From Paramoeba atlantica (taxonomy: Eukaryota > Protista > Discosea), in the NCBI GenBank assembly GCA_977017575.1, contig CDRNVI010000015.1, positions 1-64,000 on the forward strand: DNA of 64,000 nt, given 5' to 3'. This document shows positions 52,824-62,522 of the stretch, piece by piece. The position numbers and the translations under genes were made by a program. The notes beneath the pieces were generated by a model that searched no databases, was not told the DNA's origin, and saw only the letters and a program-made list of their open reading frames with translations. Within the stretch, counting starts at the first letter, position 1. Every line of letters starts with the position of its first letter.

Positions 52824-53441
52824 ATGTTAAATTTAGTGTTCCGTTCTACGTTGGAATTTCCTACAAAAGACGTAAGCTACACTTCTACTCGTTTAGGACG
52901 CGTGCGTGCTGCATTACCACAGGAATATAAACTTTTGAAGTTCATCGAAAACGTATCTAACCGACATACATCGTGGAAGGCTGATACCCCGGCTTGCGAG
53001 TGGGATGGAGTAACCTGTAATGAAGAAGGCAAAGTTGTGAAAATTCGTTGGCAAAATCGCCTTCTAGAAGGCTCACTTGAATGGAAGAACCTACCCGATA
53101 CACTTCTTGAATTGAGCATGCATTCAAACAATCTCTTTGGTAGTATTGTGTTAGAAGATTTACCACCCCACCTCGAGTACCTCACTCTAGGCACCAATCA
53201 CTTCACCGGAGGTGTTACTCTTCAAGCTATGCCAAAGACAATGAAGAAACTTCTAATCGGTAACAATGAGCTTTCCGGTTCCATTCGCTTTGGTGATTTG
53301 CCGGATAATTTATGCTTTTTGTATCTAGCGGATAATGCCGATCTTTCGGGCACTCTGATGCCTTCAGAATTGTCTCCAACACTTGAGGCTTCAGTTTATA
53401 CTGACCGTACCAAAATAATAACAATGCTTAGTACAATGTGA
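52824..53441 (+). CDS. Short LRR protein, tandem subfamily copy 4
   Basis: Close paralog; upstream 52500-52600 is homologous to 51145-51230. Confidence 0.85.
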   Translation: MLNLVFRSTLEFPTKDVSYTSTRLGRVRAALPQEYKLLKFIENVSNRHTSWKADTPACEWDGVTCNEEGKVVKIRWQNRLLEGSLEWKNLPDTLLELSMHSNNLFGSIVLEDLPPHLEYLTLGTNHFTGGVTLQAMPKTMKKLLIGNNELSGSIRFGDLPDNLCFLYLADNADLSGTLMPSELSPTLEASVYTDRTKIITMLSTM

Positions 53442-53817
53442 ATGGCACAAACAATTGTGATAAGCTTCGATTAAAACTTTCTGATTACTCATTTGAGCTG
53501 TTTATGTTTGAACTGCACTGGGTAGAATGGCCGATTTTTCAACCCATAGCGCTATGGATTCTTTGTTTATACAAAGTATTATACCGTCGTAAATTTATGG
53601 AAAACTGTGTGCGAGTATGAAGAATTGAGAACAGAAGTATCGTAAGGCTGGACTTTGAAATAAAGTCTTCGTTACTGGTTTTTCATTTCCCTTGCATTTT
53701 TTCATAACCATGCTACAAGGGTGCAGTAATGTTTACATGCTGAAAATCATATTTTGATGAACCACATGATTGCTTCGATGATATATCAAGTATTGTGGCA
53801 TTGGTGAAAATGCGTCG

Positions 53818-55113
53818 ATGTTCCATCGCTACTTTGCTTTGTTTGCTGTCCTCTGGTCAATAGCGTCGTTCATTCACGTAACACATTCGCGATCTGTCTG
53901 TATCACAGAAAAAAGGAGCACCGTAGGTGCATATTTCTCTGTTTGCGAAAGCGGTTCCATTATTCGATCACTTTCAAGAGAGTCCAAGACTTTGTGCGTT
54001 ACTGTCATCCGAAATCTACCTTTATCCACTTTTAACATAACCTTACCTTTTTTAAACGTTCATGGTCAGAAGTCTCTACTGTACATCTGCTATACTCGTT
54101 CCGGCGGCGCACACTTTCCGTCGAACATTGAAATAAGTGCCTTTCCATTCGGATATGACCGAAATCACAAATTGCTCATCGAGAAGCAAACTTTTGAATC
54201 CAATGCTGGCGGACTAGAAGAAAAGACGCTGTATATTCCAACACGAGCCTTGAAGCATGTGTATCGTTCTAAAAGTCGAATTCTTTATTCGGCCTTTACC
54301 ATTTTTCGCTGTAAATCAAAGTGCCGCAATGTTTTGGTTGGTAATTCTTCAAGGGACTTCAGAATGCAACGAAATGCACATACCTCTATGCCATACATGT
54401 ATATGAAAAAAGTGCATCGGAATAATTGCTGGATAGCACGGACATCTCGAATACGCGCACCACGTGAAGTGCTTCTGCACTCTTCAGCCAAGTTTCGAGA
54501 GGAGTTTCTGAATCGGAGAACCAAGGCGTTTGCAATAGAGACACGTGAAAAGTCAGCACCGGGTGCTATGACATCAACGCAGTCATATTTAAGCGATAGA
54601 TTGCGTCTGCCCCAGAAGTCCAGTTACTATCCTACAAATCGCCCGATGTCAAAAAAGGAAAGCTTGATGATTTGCACTTATCCTATTTATCGAGCACAAT
54701 TGTTGCGTGTCGCTAGAGGTAAACCTGTGAGGTCCAGTAAACTTTTTCTGAATGCACGCATCTCACCCTGCAAACTAGAAGTATTACAGAAATTGAAGAG
54801 TTTCACGCAATGTCATCGTCATGCATCATCGGAAGACTCTACATTGAGAACTCATAACCGTTCGACACGCTATGCTACGATATACCCTTGCACTTTTTTT
54901 CAGGGAAACAGAGAAAAGTTTGTTTCAAAACACGCACAGGACCCGCATTTTCAAAGTGGCGTTAAATCTAAGTCTTATCCTGATGGGAGATGTCCACATA
55001 TCATATTTACACTTCTCAGTTTGTTATTACTTCTAATTTTAATATCTTCGGTGAAATATGAACCATGCCCAAGAGAGCTCGACGGGCTCATTATTCTGCG
55101 ATCCAAGTTATGA
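53818..55113 (+). CDS. Hypothetical protein with signal-peptide-like N-terminus and C-terminal TM
   Basis: 431-aa ORF; hydrophobic MFHRYFALFAVLWSIASFI and IIFTLLSLLLLLILI. Confidence 0.5.
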   Translation: MFHRYFALFAVLWSIASFIHVTHSRSVCITEKRSTVGAYFSVCESGSIIRSLSRESKTLCVTVIRNLPLSTFNITLPFLNVHGQKSLLYICYTRSGGAHFPSNIEISAFPFGYDRNHKLLIEKQTFESNAGGLEEKTLYIPTRALKHVYRSKSRILYSAFTIFRCKSKCRNVLVGNSSRDFRMQRNAHTSMPYMYMKKVHRNNCWIARTSRIRAPREVLLHSSAKFREEFLNRRTKAFAIETREKSAPGAMTSTQSYLSDRLRLPQKSSYYPTNRPMSKKESLMICTYPIYRAQLLRVARGKPVRSSKLFLNARISPCKLEVLQKLKSFTQCHRHASSEDSTLRTHNRSTRYATIYPCTFFQGNREKFVSKHAQDPHFQSGVKSKSYPDGRCPHIIFTLLSLLLLLILISSVKYEPCPRELDGLIILRSKL

Positions 55114-55733
55114 ATGTTGTATGACTGCTGTTCGACAGAGCCACTTAAATTATTTTTACGTATTAAATATCAAAAACCTCTTTTATATCGCGATATTTTT
55201 ATTTTTAATTTCTGTGTGCTATAGTGATTACTACTACCTTGCCTACATTACCTGCTCGCATTTAATTTCTTGCTATTTGCATCCGTATTGCCTCACGTAT
55301 TTTCACCATCCGTGTTATCAGTTTTAGACTAGCTTTCTACTATTTTTTCACGGATTTTGCCAGTCCCTTTGAAAGCACGTTTGTCCGGGTTTTGGGCAAA
55401 GTTACCCTTCGTTTTATAAGTTACCCTACGTTGTATAAGTTACCATAAATTGTATATGTTAAATTTTGAATTTACGCCCTTTATGTGACATTGATGGAAA
55501 ATGCAATTTCAGTGATATGATATCGAAATTGGTAATGTAAACTATTCTTTGCTTGACTTTTATAAGCACGTTCGACAGGGTATAAAATTGTCAGTTTTTG
55601 TCGAAAACACTTTAGAAAATGGGGGCCACACTTACGTTCCGCTCGTATATTCGAAACCAGACCCAAATACTTATAGCCAAGCCCTCAATATACCTTCCCA
55701 GAGCTTTTTCTTTCGGAGAACTACATTTCAGTA

Positions 55734-55841
55734 TAAGGGTTGACCCCCTCAAAGTGGGCTAAAACAGGCAAAAATGATGATTTTTGCCCCGAAACGCCCA
55801 TTTTTGGGCAAAAAATGCCATTTTCAGGGGGGTACCCCTTA
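55734..55841. mobile_element. 108-bp MITE-like insert nested in the MULE-like element
   Basis: TA|TAAGGGTTGACCCCCT...AGGGGGGTACCCCTTA|TA. Confidence 0.55.
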
Positions 55842-56606
55842 TACATTAAATCCTCGTTTGTGAAAAAAGTGGTACAGGAAGAGTCTTTGAGGCCTAGTCT
55901 CGCTCGTACATGGGACTTTGAGTCAAATAAGAACTTGGCTTAAAAAGCGTGCAACTTACGAAAAGTGTTTTTTCCAGGCACTTTCAGGGGGTGTGCAAGC
56001 CATGAGAAAGTAACCATAAATTGCATAAGTTACCCTAAATTGCATAGGATGAGGCCACAAAACGATGACCTCTATAGCGGGTCACTCCAACACTCATGAC
56101 ACATAAATGCGAGTGGAACACTGACAATACTGAGCATCACGTCATCTTCCCTCTTCCGCATGACTGTGAATCGTATGCTGTGTGACTGTTCACTTGCCAC
56201 CACTCGCACATTGATAATGTTTAGTTAAGGAACCCAATAAATTCACCTTTGCTCCCGGTGAGGCCCCGGAGTTGCGTGAAGGCCTCCATACCCCACAACT
56301 ACCACCTTCCCCCCCTATTTAGCGGGAGTCGCGCGAGCGACCCCTGATAAACGGGGGGAAGGTGGTAATTGTTTTGGGGGAAATGAGAGGCCGAACGCAC
56401 GGAGGGGACGGCCGGGTCAATGAACCCAGGCCTTGTTTTTGTGCTACAAATGTGGTATGCATTATTAATGTGCTATATGCATTATCAATGTGCGGGCGCC
56501 GTCTAGAGTCAAGGCCCAACTGTGAGCGTAGCCCACTTCTAGAAGCAAAAGCCCCCGTTTGCGAACAAGGCCCAACTTCGAGCGTAGCCCTGGGACAGAA
56601 TTATAT

Positions 56607-56654
56607 TTTTCAGCGCCCCCGCGCGCTGGAGCGCGCGGGGGCGCGCACTGAAAA
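56607..56654. repeat. GC-rich hairpin inside the MULE-like element
   Basis: GCGCCCCCGCGCGCT-GG-AGCGCGCGGGGGCGC (15-bp perfect arms) flanked by TTTTCA/TGAAAA. Confidence 0.9.
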
Positions 56655-56989
56655 CCTATGTCTGCCCTTTCTGCAGGATTGTGTATTGTTTTACTATGCG
56701 GTGTGACCATGCAATTTTAGGTAACTTATACAATTTGTGGTAACTGATACAATCTATGGTTACTTTCCAAAACCCTATTTTCGCATACAATTTGTGGAAA
56801 CTTATACAATTTATGGTAACTTATACAATTTATGGTAAATTTCCCCCGGGTTTTGACGGATTTTGATGACATAGCGCGGTACGTATACGTGTGCACAAAA
56901 TTTCTCAAATTTATATTATTCCAACGATCCTTCACCTACGACATGAGATTCATATTTCTTTGATTCCTATTTCACATCTTTGCACAACC

Positions 56990-58777
56990 ATGGAAGAACT
57001 CAATGAAATCAAAGAGCTATTCGCCGGGGTGTGTCCCCGTGTCCAGTGGAGCCTTATGGAACCCACAACTCGTATCCCGCCCATGATGGTTCCCCCTATT
57101 TCCATTAGTGAGAAATATGCCACCTACACGCGAAATTCCCTGGATGACGAATATCTCCGCGCCCTGCCGAAACGCGTGTTTAACAAGATTGATGTTACGG
57201 CAATGCTGGACACGGACAAGATGGAGCAAAACTACACGTATTTCCCGGAGGGACAACATCCACCCCCTTCTCTTCGAGATATTCTTCACCGACATTGGGA
57301 TGACGCGCCGGTCCCCGAGGTGTTCTTGTGGGAGCCCATCTACACGGAGCTCAAAGGGGAGGATAATGAGGGACTCGCAGGGGTGGTGACATCGAATGGA
57401 AGTCCACGAAATGTTTCCTATACCACCTCGACGCGGCCCATAAGTGCCGCGCAGGATTTGACGGGGCTGGAGGATAGGGCGAAGTGGATAGACAGTGGTG
57501 AGGAGTGGGTTCGAGGCGTTAATCGTACGTTTCAGAGAGCAGCCGCAGTGGATAGAGAGTGGCGCTCCTATTTGACGAATATTCGTGAAGACCGGTTGGG
57601 TATAACACAGGTCTCCAGTTGCGCGGGAAATTCTAGTGAAGAAATGGACAATGCAATCGAGAGTCTCGTACACGACCTGAATAACAGCATGACCTCACAA
57701 AAGGAAATCAATCCTTCGGAAATGAAAAGTGGAGCTGTGGAAAATGTCTCTGGTGAAACCCCATCGGATATCTTACTGGAACCATCTCATCACACAGCTC
57801 TACGTCTAGCACGGCGTATGAAATCGGAAATTGACCAATTTGGACGTCCATCTGAAGCATTTTCTCGTGATCTAACGCTGTATTACCTTCAGTGCTGTAT
57901 AGGCCTCCCTAAGAGTGTACACATTTGGCTGCCCTTCATAAATCCAGACACACTTCCCTTAATTAATGAGAGGAGCCCAAATACAGGCGCAATAACACGG
58001 TTTCATGTGCTTTATAAAACGCTTATGAAGTTGAATGACCTACATTCCGAATGGTATACGAAGCAATGTAATTTAGCACCTCTCGGTGATTTCGTCAATG
58101 AAACTCCGTCTGTAGACTCACAGCCTACGCAGCCTATGTCCCTGACACAGACTCAGACAACATCTACATCCGCTACTACTACCTCCACACCACAGACTTT
58201 GAATTCTCAAGCAACAGATGCAAACATTGTGAGCGCGACCCCCTTCAAAGATTTCCGCTATCTCAGGCATCCCTCTGGGTCGCGATCCATCAAGCCTCTC
58301 TCCGTGCTTCCCATCCATGTCCTCCCAGAAGGGGAGCACGATGTTGTGCTGCGGGTAGCTAACCCGGAACTCCTCCCCCTGCGTCGTATGCTACAGGGCT
58401 CCGCGTTCGCCGCAATCGAACGGGCTGCGGTTGGAGGTGGCACGTTGTTAGAAATGTTCACTTCCCAAACAGAAGAGTCGGAAGAACCAATTTCAAACGA
58501 AGCGGCAGAGTTCGAGCAAAGTGCTATTTCGGATTCAGTCACAGGCGCGGCGACCCCAGGGATGATAGAGACGCACACCGTACGGTCAATGCGGTTGTTT
58601 GAGTCACACACGGTGGTGAAACCGATGCCGTTACACGAGCGGGTCCGCTACATGGCACTGGCGCCGAGTCCGGAGGGTAAATCCATGCTAGCGTGGAACG
58701 TAGGGTCCGCCGCAGAGGTATCGCATTTTACAAACCAGGAGGCGCGCGATATGGTTCGCACGCTAGTTTTAGAATAG
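56990..58777 (+). CDS. Paf1-like subunit of the PAF1 elongation complex (divergent)
   Basis: N-terminus RVQW..MEP..IPPMM......KYATY..NSLD.EY parallels Paf1 RVKY.N.LP..PFDPK......RFV.Y..TSLE; later HPSGSRSIKPLSVLP parallels HP...L.PVEVLP. Confidence 0.5.
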   Translation: MEELNEIKELFAGVCPRVQWSLMEPTTRIPPMMVPPISISEKYATYTRNSLDDEYLRALPKRVFNKIDVTAMLDTDKMEQNYTYFPEGQHPPPSLRDILHRHWDDAPVPEVFLWEPIYTELKGEDNEGLAGVVTSNGSPRNVSYTTSTRPISAAQDLTGLEDRAKWIDSGEEWVRGVNRTFQRAAAVDREWRSYLTNIREDRLGITQVSSCAGNSSEEMDNAIESLVHDLNNSMTSQKEINPSEMKSGAVENVSGETPSDILLEPSHHTALRLARRMKSEIDQFGRPSEAFSRDLTLYYLQCCIGLPKSVHIWLPFINPDTLPLINERSPNTGAITRFHVLYKTLMKLNDLHSEWYTKQCNLAPLGDFVNETPSVDSQPTQPMSLTQTQTTSTSATTTSTPQTLNSQATDANIVSATPFKDFRYLRHPSGSRSIKPLSVLPIHVLPEGEHDVVLRVANPELLPLRRMLQGSAFAAIERAAVGGGTLLEMFTSQTEESEEPISNEAAEFEQSAISDSVTGAATPGMIETHTVRSMRLFESHTVVKPMPLHERVRYMALAPSPEGKSMLAWNVGSAAEVSHFTNQEARDMVRTLVLE

Positions 58778-59007
58778 TGAGAAGGATGGTCACGAAGGCA
58801 GCCAACGTTCTCTGCATGGACTGTATGGAGTTCTCTTGTTACCACAGCTCTTTTCTCCTTGCTGGAAAACTATGCCAAACACCAAAAATACTGTAATATC
58901 GTTTGATGTGAGTATTATTCACTTTAAGTCCCTACTGAGCTTTGAAAACCAGAAACTCTCTTTAAAAAACACAAAACACCCTTTGCGTTATTTCAAATTT
59001 TCTTCTC

Positions 59008-60103
59008 ATGTCAACGGACAAGACCCCCTCCCACCCCTCCCCAACCCCCCCATCTCTCCCCTCCCCCCCGTCCCCTACGCCCCCTCCTCACCCCACCCCC
59101 CTCCACGACCTCACCGACCCACTCCACCACCTCCCCTCCCTCGATGCCCCCCCTCCCCACCCCCCACGCACCACCACCACGGGATCCCCCGTAATCCCCC
59201 CCTCCCCCCCTCCCCCAGCTCCCGTACCTCACCTCCCCCTCCCCCCTCCCCGCCGCCACCACCGGCGGCTCCCTCCTCCCCCTCACCTTCTCCGCCCCCC
59301 TGGACCCCGGCCTCACGCCCTACTGCCTCCGCCTCGGCTCCCCCACCGGGCGCCGCCTCCTCCCCTGCTCCGTGCTCAACCCCTCCACGCTGCTCTTCGT
59401 GGCCCCCGCCCACCCCCTCGGGTGTGTCAGCCTCACCGTGCTCTGCGGCCCCGGCCCCGCGGTCCGGCCCTACCCCGGAGGCCGCAGTCTGTGGCTGGAG
59501 TACGGTGCCCCGGTCCCGGGGGACCCGGAGCGCCGGAACGAGGCCGTGCTGCGGGAGCTGCAGCAGGTGGTGAGGGTGCTGACGACGCAGAGTGGTGGGG
59601 GTGGGGGTGGTGGTGGGGGTGGTGGGGGTACGACTACGGTGGAGACAAGAGAGCCGCCCTCGAGGTTAACCTGTCATGAGGTGAATTTCATCAACTCTTT
59701 GACGTATATTGACCGTCCCGCGGCGTCGGTTTCGCAGATCTCGGAGATGGGGGAGAGTAAGGGGGAGGAGTGCAGTGGGGATGATCTAGCGAGTCTGGAG
59801 GAGGAGATGGGGGAAGGGGGGGAGGTTAGTGGGGAGCCGTGGGCTCGAGGAAGCTCACCGGTTTCGTCGGGGAGAACGCCGAATGGGGGTTCTGCGCCGT
59901 TGTCGTTGACAAAGGAAATGTTAGAGCAGCTCACTAAAGCGCAGAATATTTTCTTGCAACCACTGATGCGGACACCGTACATGAGTACACAAACACATGA
60001 CGTTCCTTCGGGGGATGTGGACGACAATTCCAGTCGGTACACGTACACCAATAGCGTGGTGCCTCCGAGTTCGCCGCGTGACATACTTTCTTCAACAATG
60101 TAA
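59008..60103 (+). CDS. Hypothetical protein with IPT/TIG-like domain; frameshift in the C-run at about 59196-59215
   Basis: The frame of 59372 is open from 59195 and reads YCLRLG...LPCSVLNPSTLLFVAPAHPLGCVSLTVLC...LWLEY; the ATG at 59008 is in another frame. Confidence 0.5.
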
Positions 60104-60377
60104 AAAAGAAAATTGCTTGCTAGTTTGTTCTGTATATTTTAGGGGAATGTCATTGGGAGTGATTTGTCTTCTAAGAATCCGCAAGCATGCAAACTGCTTG
60201 CCGATGAATTTAGTAAAGAGTCGTACACATTTCCATTCTAGAGCCCTAATAACTAAACCGTTAGTTACATAACCGTTACATAAACCGCATTCTTGGAACG
60301 TAAGTGTGGCTTTTTTTGTAAATGTTCTCGTCGTCAATGCGCTTGCCTTATTTCTTTCTGAATGTCGTTCTTTCATC

Positions 60378-60854
60378 ATGAATTTTAGCGCTCGTCTCCT
60401 TAAAGAGTGTCGCGAGGCTTCACTCTCCACCGATACGGATATTGTGCTCCGTTGTACCAGCAATGACATGTTACAGTGGGAAGCGAAACTCCGGGGTCCT
60501 ACGGACACCCCTTATGCTGGAGGTCAATTTCACCTTGTGCTTCAACTTCCTAAAGACTATCCCATGGCTCCACCCCTTGTCCGGTTTCGCACGCTCATGT
60601 TTCACCCAAACATACACCCCATCCACGGGGAGGTCTGCTTAGATATTTTGAAATCTGACTGGACCCCTGTGTGGACACTGCGTAGTGTATGTCGGGCAAC
60701 ACAAACATTACTGGCCCACCCGGATCCGGAGAGTCCGTTGAACTGTGATGCAGGCAACGCACTGCGAGCAGGGGATGAGGTTGCTTTTCATAGTTTAGCA
60801 AGGTATTACACGCTCACCTACGCTACCGAGAAAGGGCAAAAAGAAGGGAATTGA
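60378..60854 (+). CDS. PEX4: Peroxisomal E2 ubiquitin-conjugating enzyme
   Basis: FHPNIH...GEVCLDILKSDWTPVWTLRSVCRA..LLAHPDPESPLNCDAGN.LR.GD; SPLNCD.GN.LR.GD is PEX4-typical. Confidence 0.82.
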   Translation: MNFSARLLKECREASLSTDTDIVLRCTSNDMLQWEAKLRGPTDTPYAGGQFHLVLQLPKDYPMAPPLVRFRTLMFHPNIHPIHGEVCLDILKSDWTPVWTLRSVCRATQTLLAHPDPESPLNCDAGNALRAGDEVAFHSLARYYTLTYATEKGQKEGN

Positions 60855-61098
60855 AATTTCTTGTCCTGCAAAATAATACGCATCTTGTATGCTTTCGGAA
60901 AATACTGTATAAGTTTGCACCCGATTTATCTCCACAGTTAGATGCAATATGGAGGGATTTTGAATACAACCATCGTATTTATCGAACCTTTAACAACTTT
61001 GTTTTCGTCATAATATTTTAAAACCTGTATATATATTTTTTACTGGTTCCTGCTTTGCTATTCTTCAACAACATTATTAGGAGAATATACGAGTCAAA

Positions 61099-62028
61099 AT
61101 GGAGACCATACGGCCCGCTTGCTCACGTGTGCAATCCATGACCAACCAATCCATGACACAGCTATTACAAGGTGTGGGTGAGGTCGAGAATCGGGTGCGA
61201 GTGATTACGGCGCAGCTCGTGGAGGAGAATGCGCGGCGAAATACTCATAGCAGAGACCTTCAAGCTCTGCAAGCAGAGGTGAAACAATTGGAGTATCGCG
61301 AACGTGACGCTAAACATCACTTAGAAAATGCGATCACGAGTCAAAAGCAATCAGAAGAGGAAGTAGCCCGGATGAAAACGTTACTGGCAGAGGTGAAACA
61401 ACAGACCCCAGTTCTGATCTCCTTTGAAGAGGCACGAATAGAAAAACTGGAGAAAGAAGCACAATCGTTGCGCACGCAAACAGAAGAGCTACAACGTCTT
61501 CCTGAGACGTGGTCTGATTTTGGGGATTCCGCAGATCGTGAACAGCTTGTAACGGTGGAACGCAAGCTTGCGGAAGCCAAAGAAAAGCTGCAACGAAGAT
61601 TGGAACAACAAATGGCCTGCACAGGATGCACTGCACCATGTGAAAATTCGGTGAACCCGTTAAACCTTGATGAAATGCAACGTAGAGCTGAATTAGAAGA
61701 GAAGATTGATAGTGTAAAAACAAAACGTGCTTTAGACGCTGAAGCCCACAAAAGAAATATGAGCACTGTTTCACGAGAAATTATGATTCTGGAAGCTAAC
61801 CTCAAACGAATGGAATGTAATGAACTTCCCGCAGGGAGTGAAAATGAATACGAGGGGTCACAAAATACCCGACAGTCGAGTGTTGCCGACAATTTGAAAA
61901 ACGTGGAAAACCAGTTATCAAAGGATAAGTTGCTTTTGGCGTCTCTGCACAAACAATTGGCCATGAAGAAGTGCGAATCTTGCATGCAGAATGAAGAGAG
62001 CACGGTAAATATGTCAGCAAACGTATGA
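61099..62028 (+). CDS. Coiled-coil hypothetical protein
   Basis: 309-aa ORF with heptad-rich E/Q/K/L composition. Confidence 0.65.
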   Translation: METIRPACSRVQSMTNQSMTQLLQGVGEVENRVRVITAQLVEENARRNTHSRDLQALQAEVKQLEYRERDAKHHLENAITSQKQSEEEVARMKTLLAEVKQQTPVLISFEEARIEKLEKEAQSLRTQTEELQRLPETWSDFGDSADREQLVTVERKLAEAKEKLQRRLEQQMACTGCTAPCENSVNPLNLDEMQRRAELEEKIDSVKTKRALDAEAHKRNMSTVSREIMILEANLKRMECNELPAGSENEYEGSQNTRQSSVADNLKNVENQLSKDKLLLASLHKQLAMKKCESCMQNEESTVNMSANV

Positions 62029-62522
62029 CTCTAACAAAAGCTCTTTGTATGTGTAGGGTAGGTAGATAAAAAAAGTTCCTTGTATGCATAGGACAGGAGC
62101 CTAAATAGAGAAATTATGGTGGAAAAAAAAGACGAGCATATTTATTGAACTTGCACCTCTTTGGATGACCCGCCGCTTTTTTTTAACGCGTTATCTTGCC
62201 AATTTCTTTTTTTATATTGCATTACAGGACACTTTTGAAATACATCTGGTTTCTTTTTTTCTAAAACAGTCAATTCCAAACTGTTTTTTCTAAAACAGTC
62301 AATTCGTTTGCAAACCTTTATTCCTCCTATTTACCTTTGCTTGATAATTTTTATTGAACAGGGTCCAACAGAATAGAGCGACACAAGACACATTACTTTG
62401 GCATTGCTATACAGTATCGTACATTGCAAACTTTGAAGTCGCTGAAAGAATTGGTTTCACAAACTACTTAATGTAATTCACAAACTACTTAGTAATATAT
62501 AGTTTTTACTTAAACTACTTAC

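Larger units (their letters stand above)
55394..56845. mobile_element. 1452-bp non-autonomous Mutator/Foldback-like element with 9-bp TSD and modular 19-bp-repeat TIRs
   Basis: CCGGGTTTT at 55385-93 and 56846-54; ends GGGCAAAGTTACC / GGTAAATTTCCC; ATAAGTTACCATAAATTGT arrays forward at 55397-55453 and 56006-56043, reverse at 56711-56843. Confidence 0.85.

Noticed and set aside
56510-56590. CRISPR-like repeat-spacer-repeat
   Set aside because: Only two repeats, eukaryotic context, no cas genes, and it lies inside a transposon.
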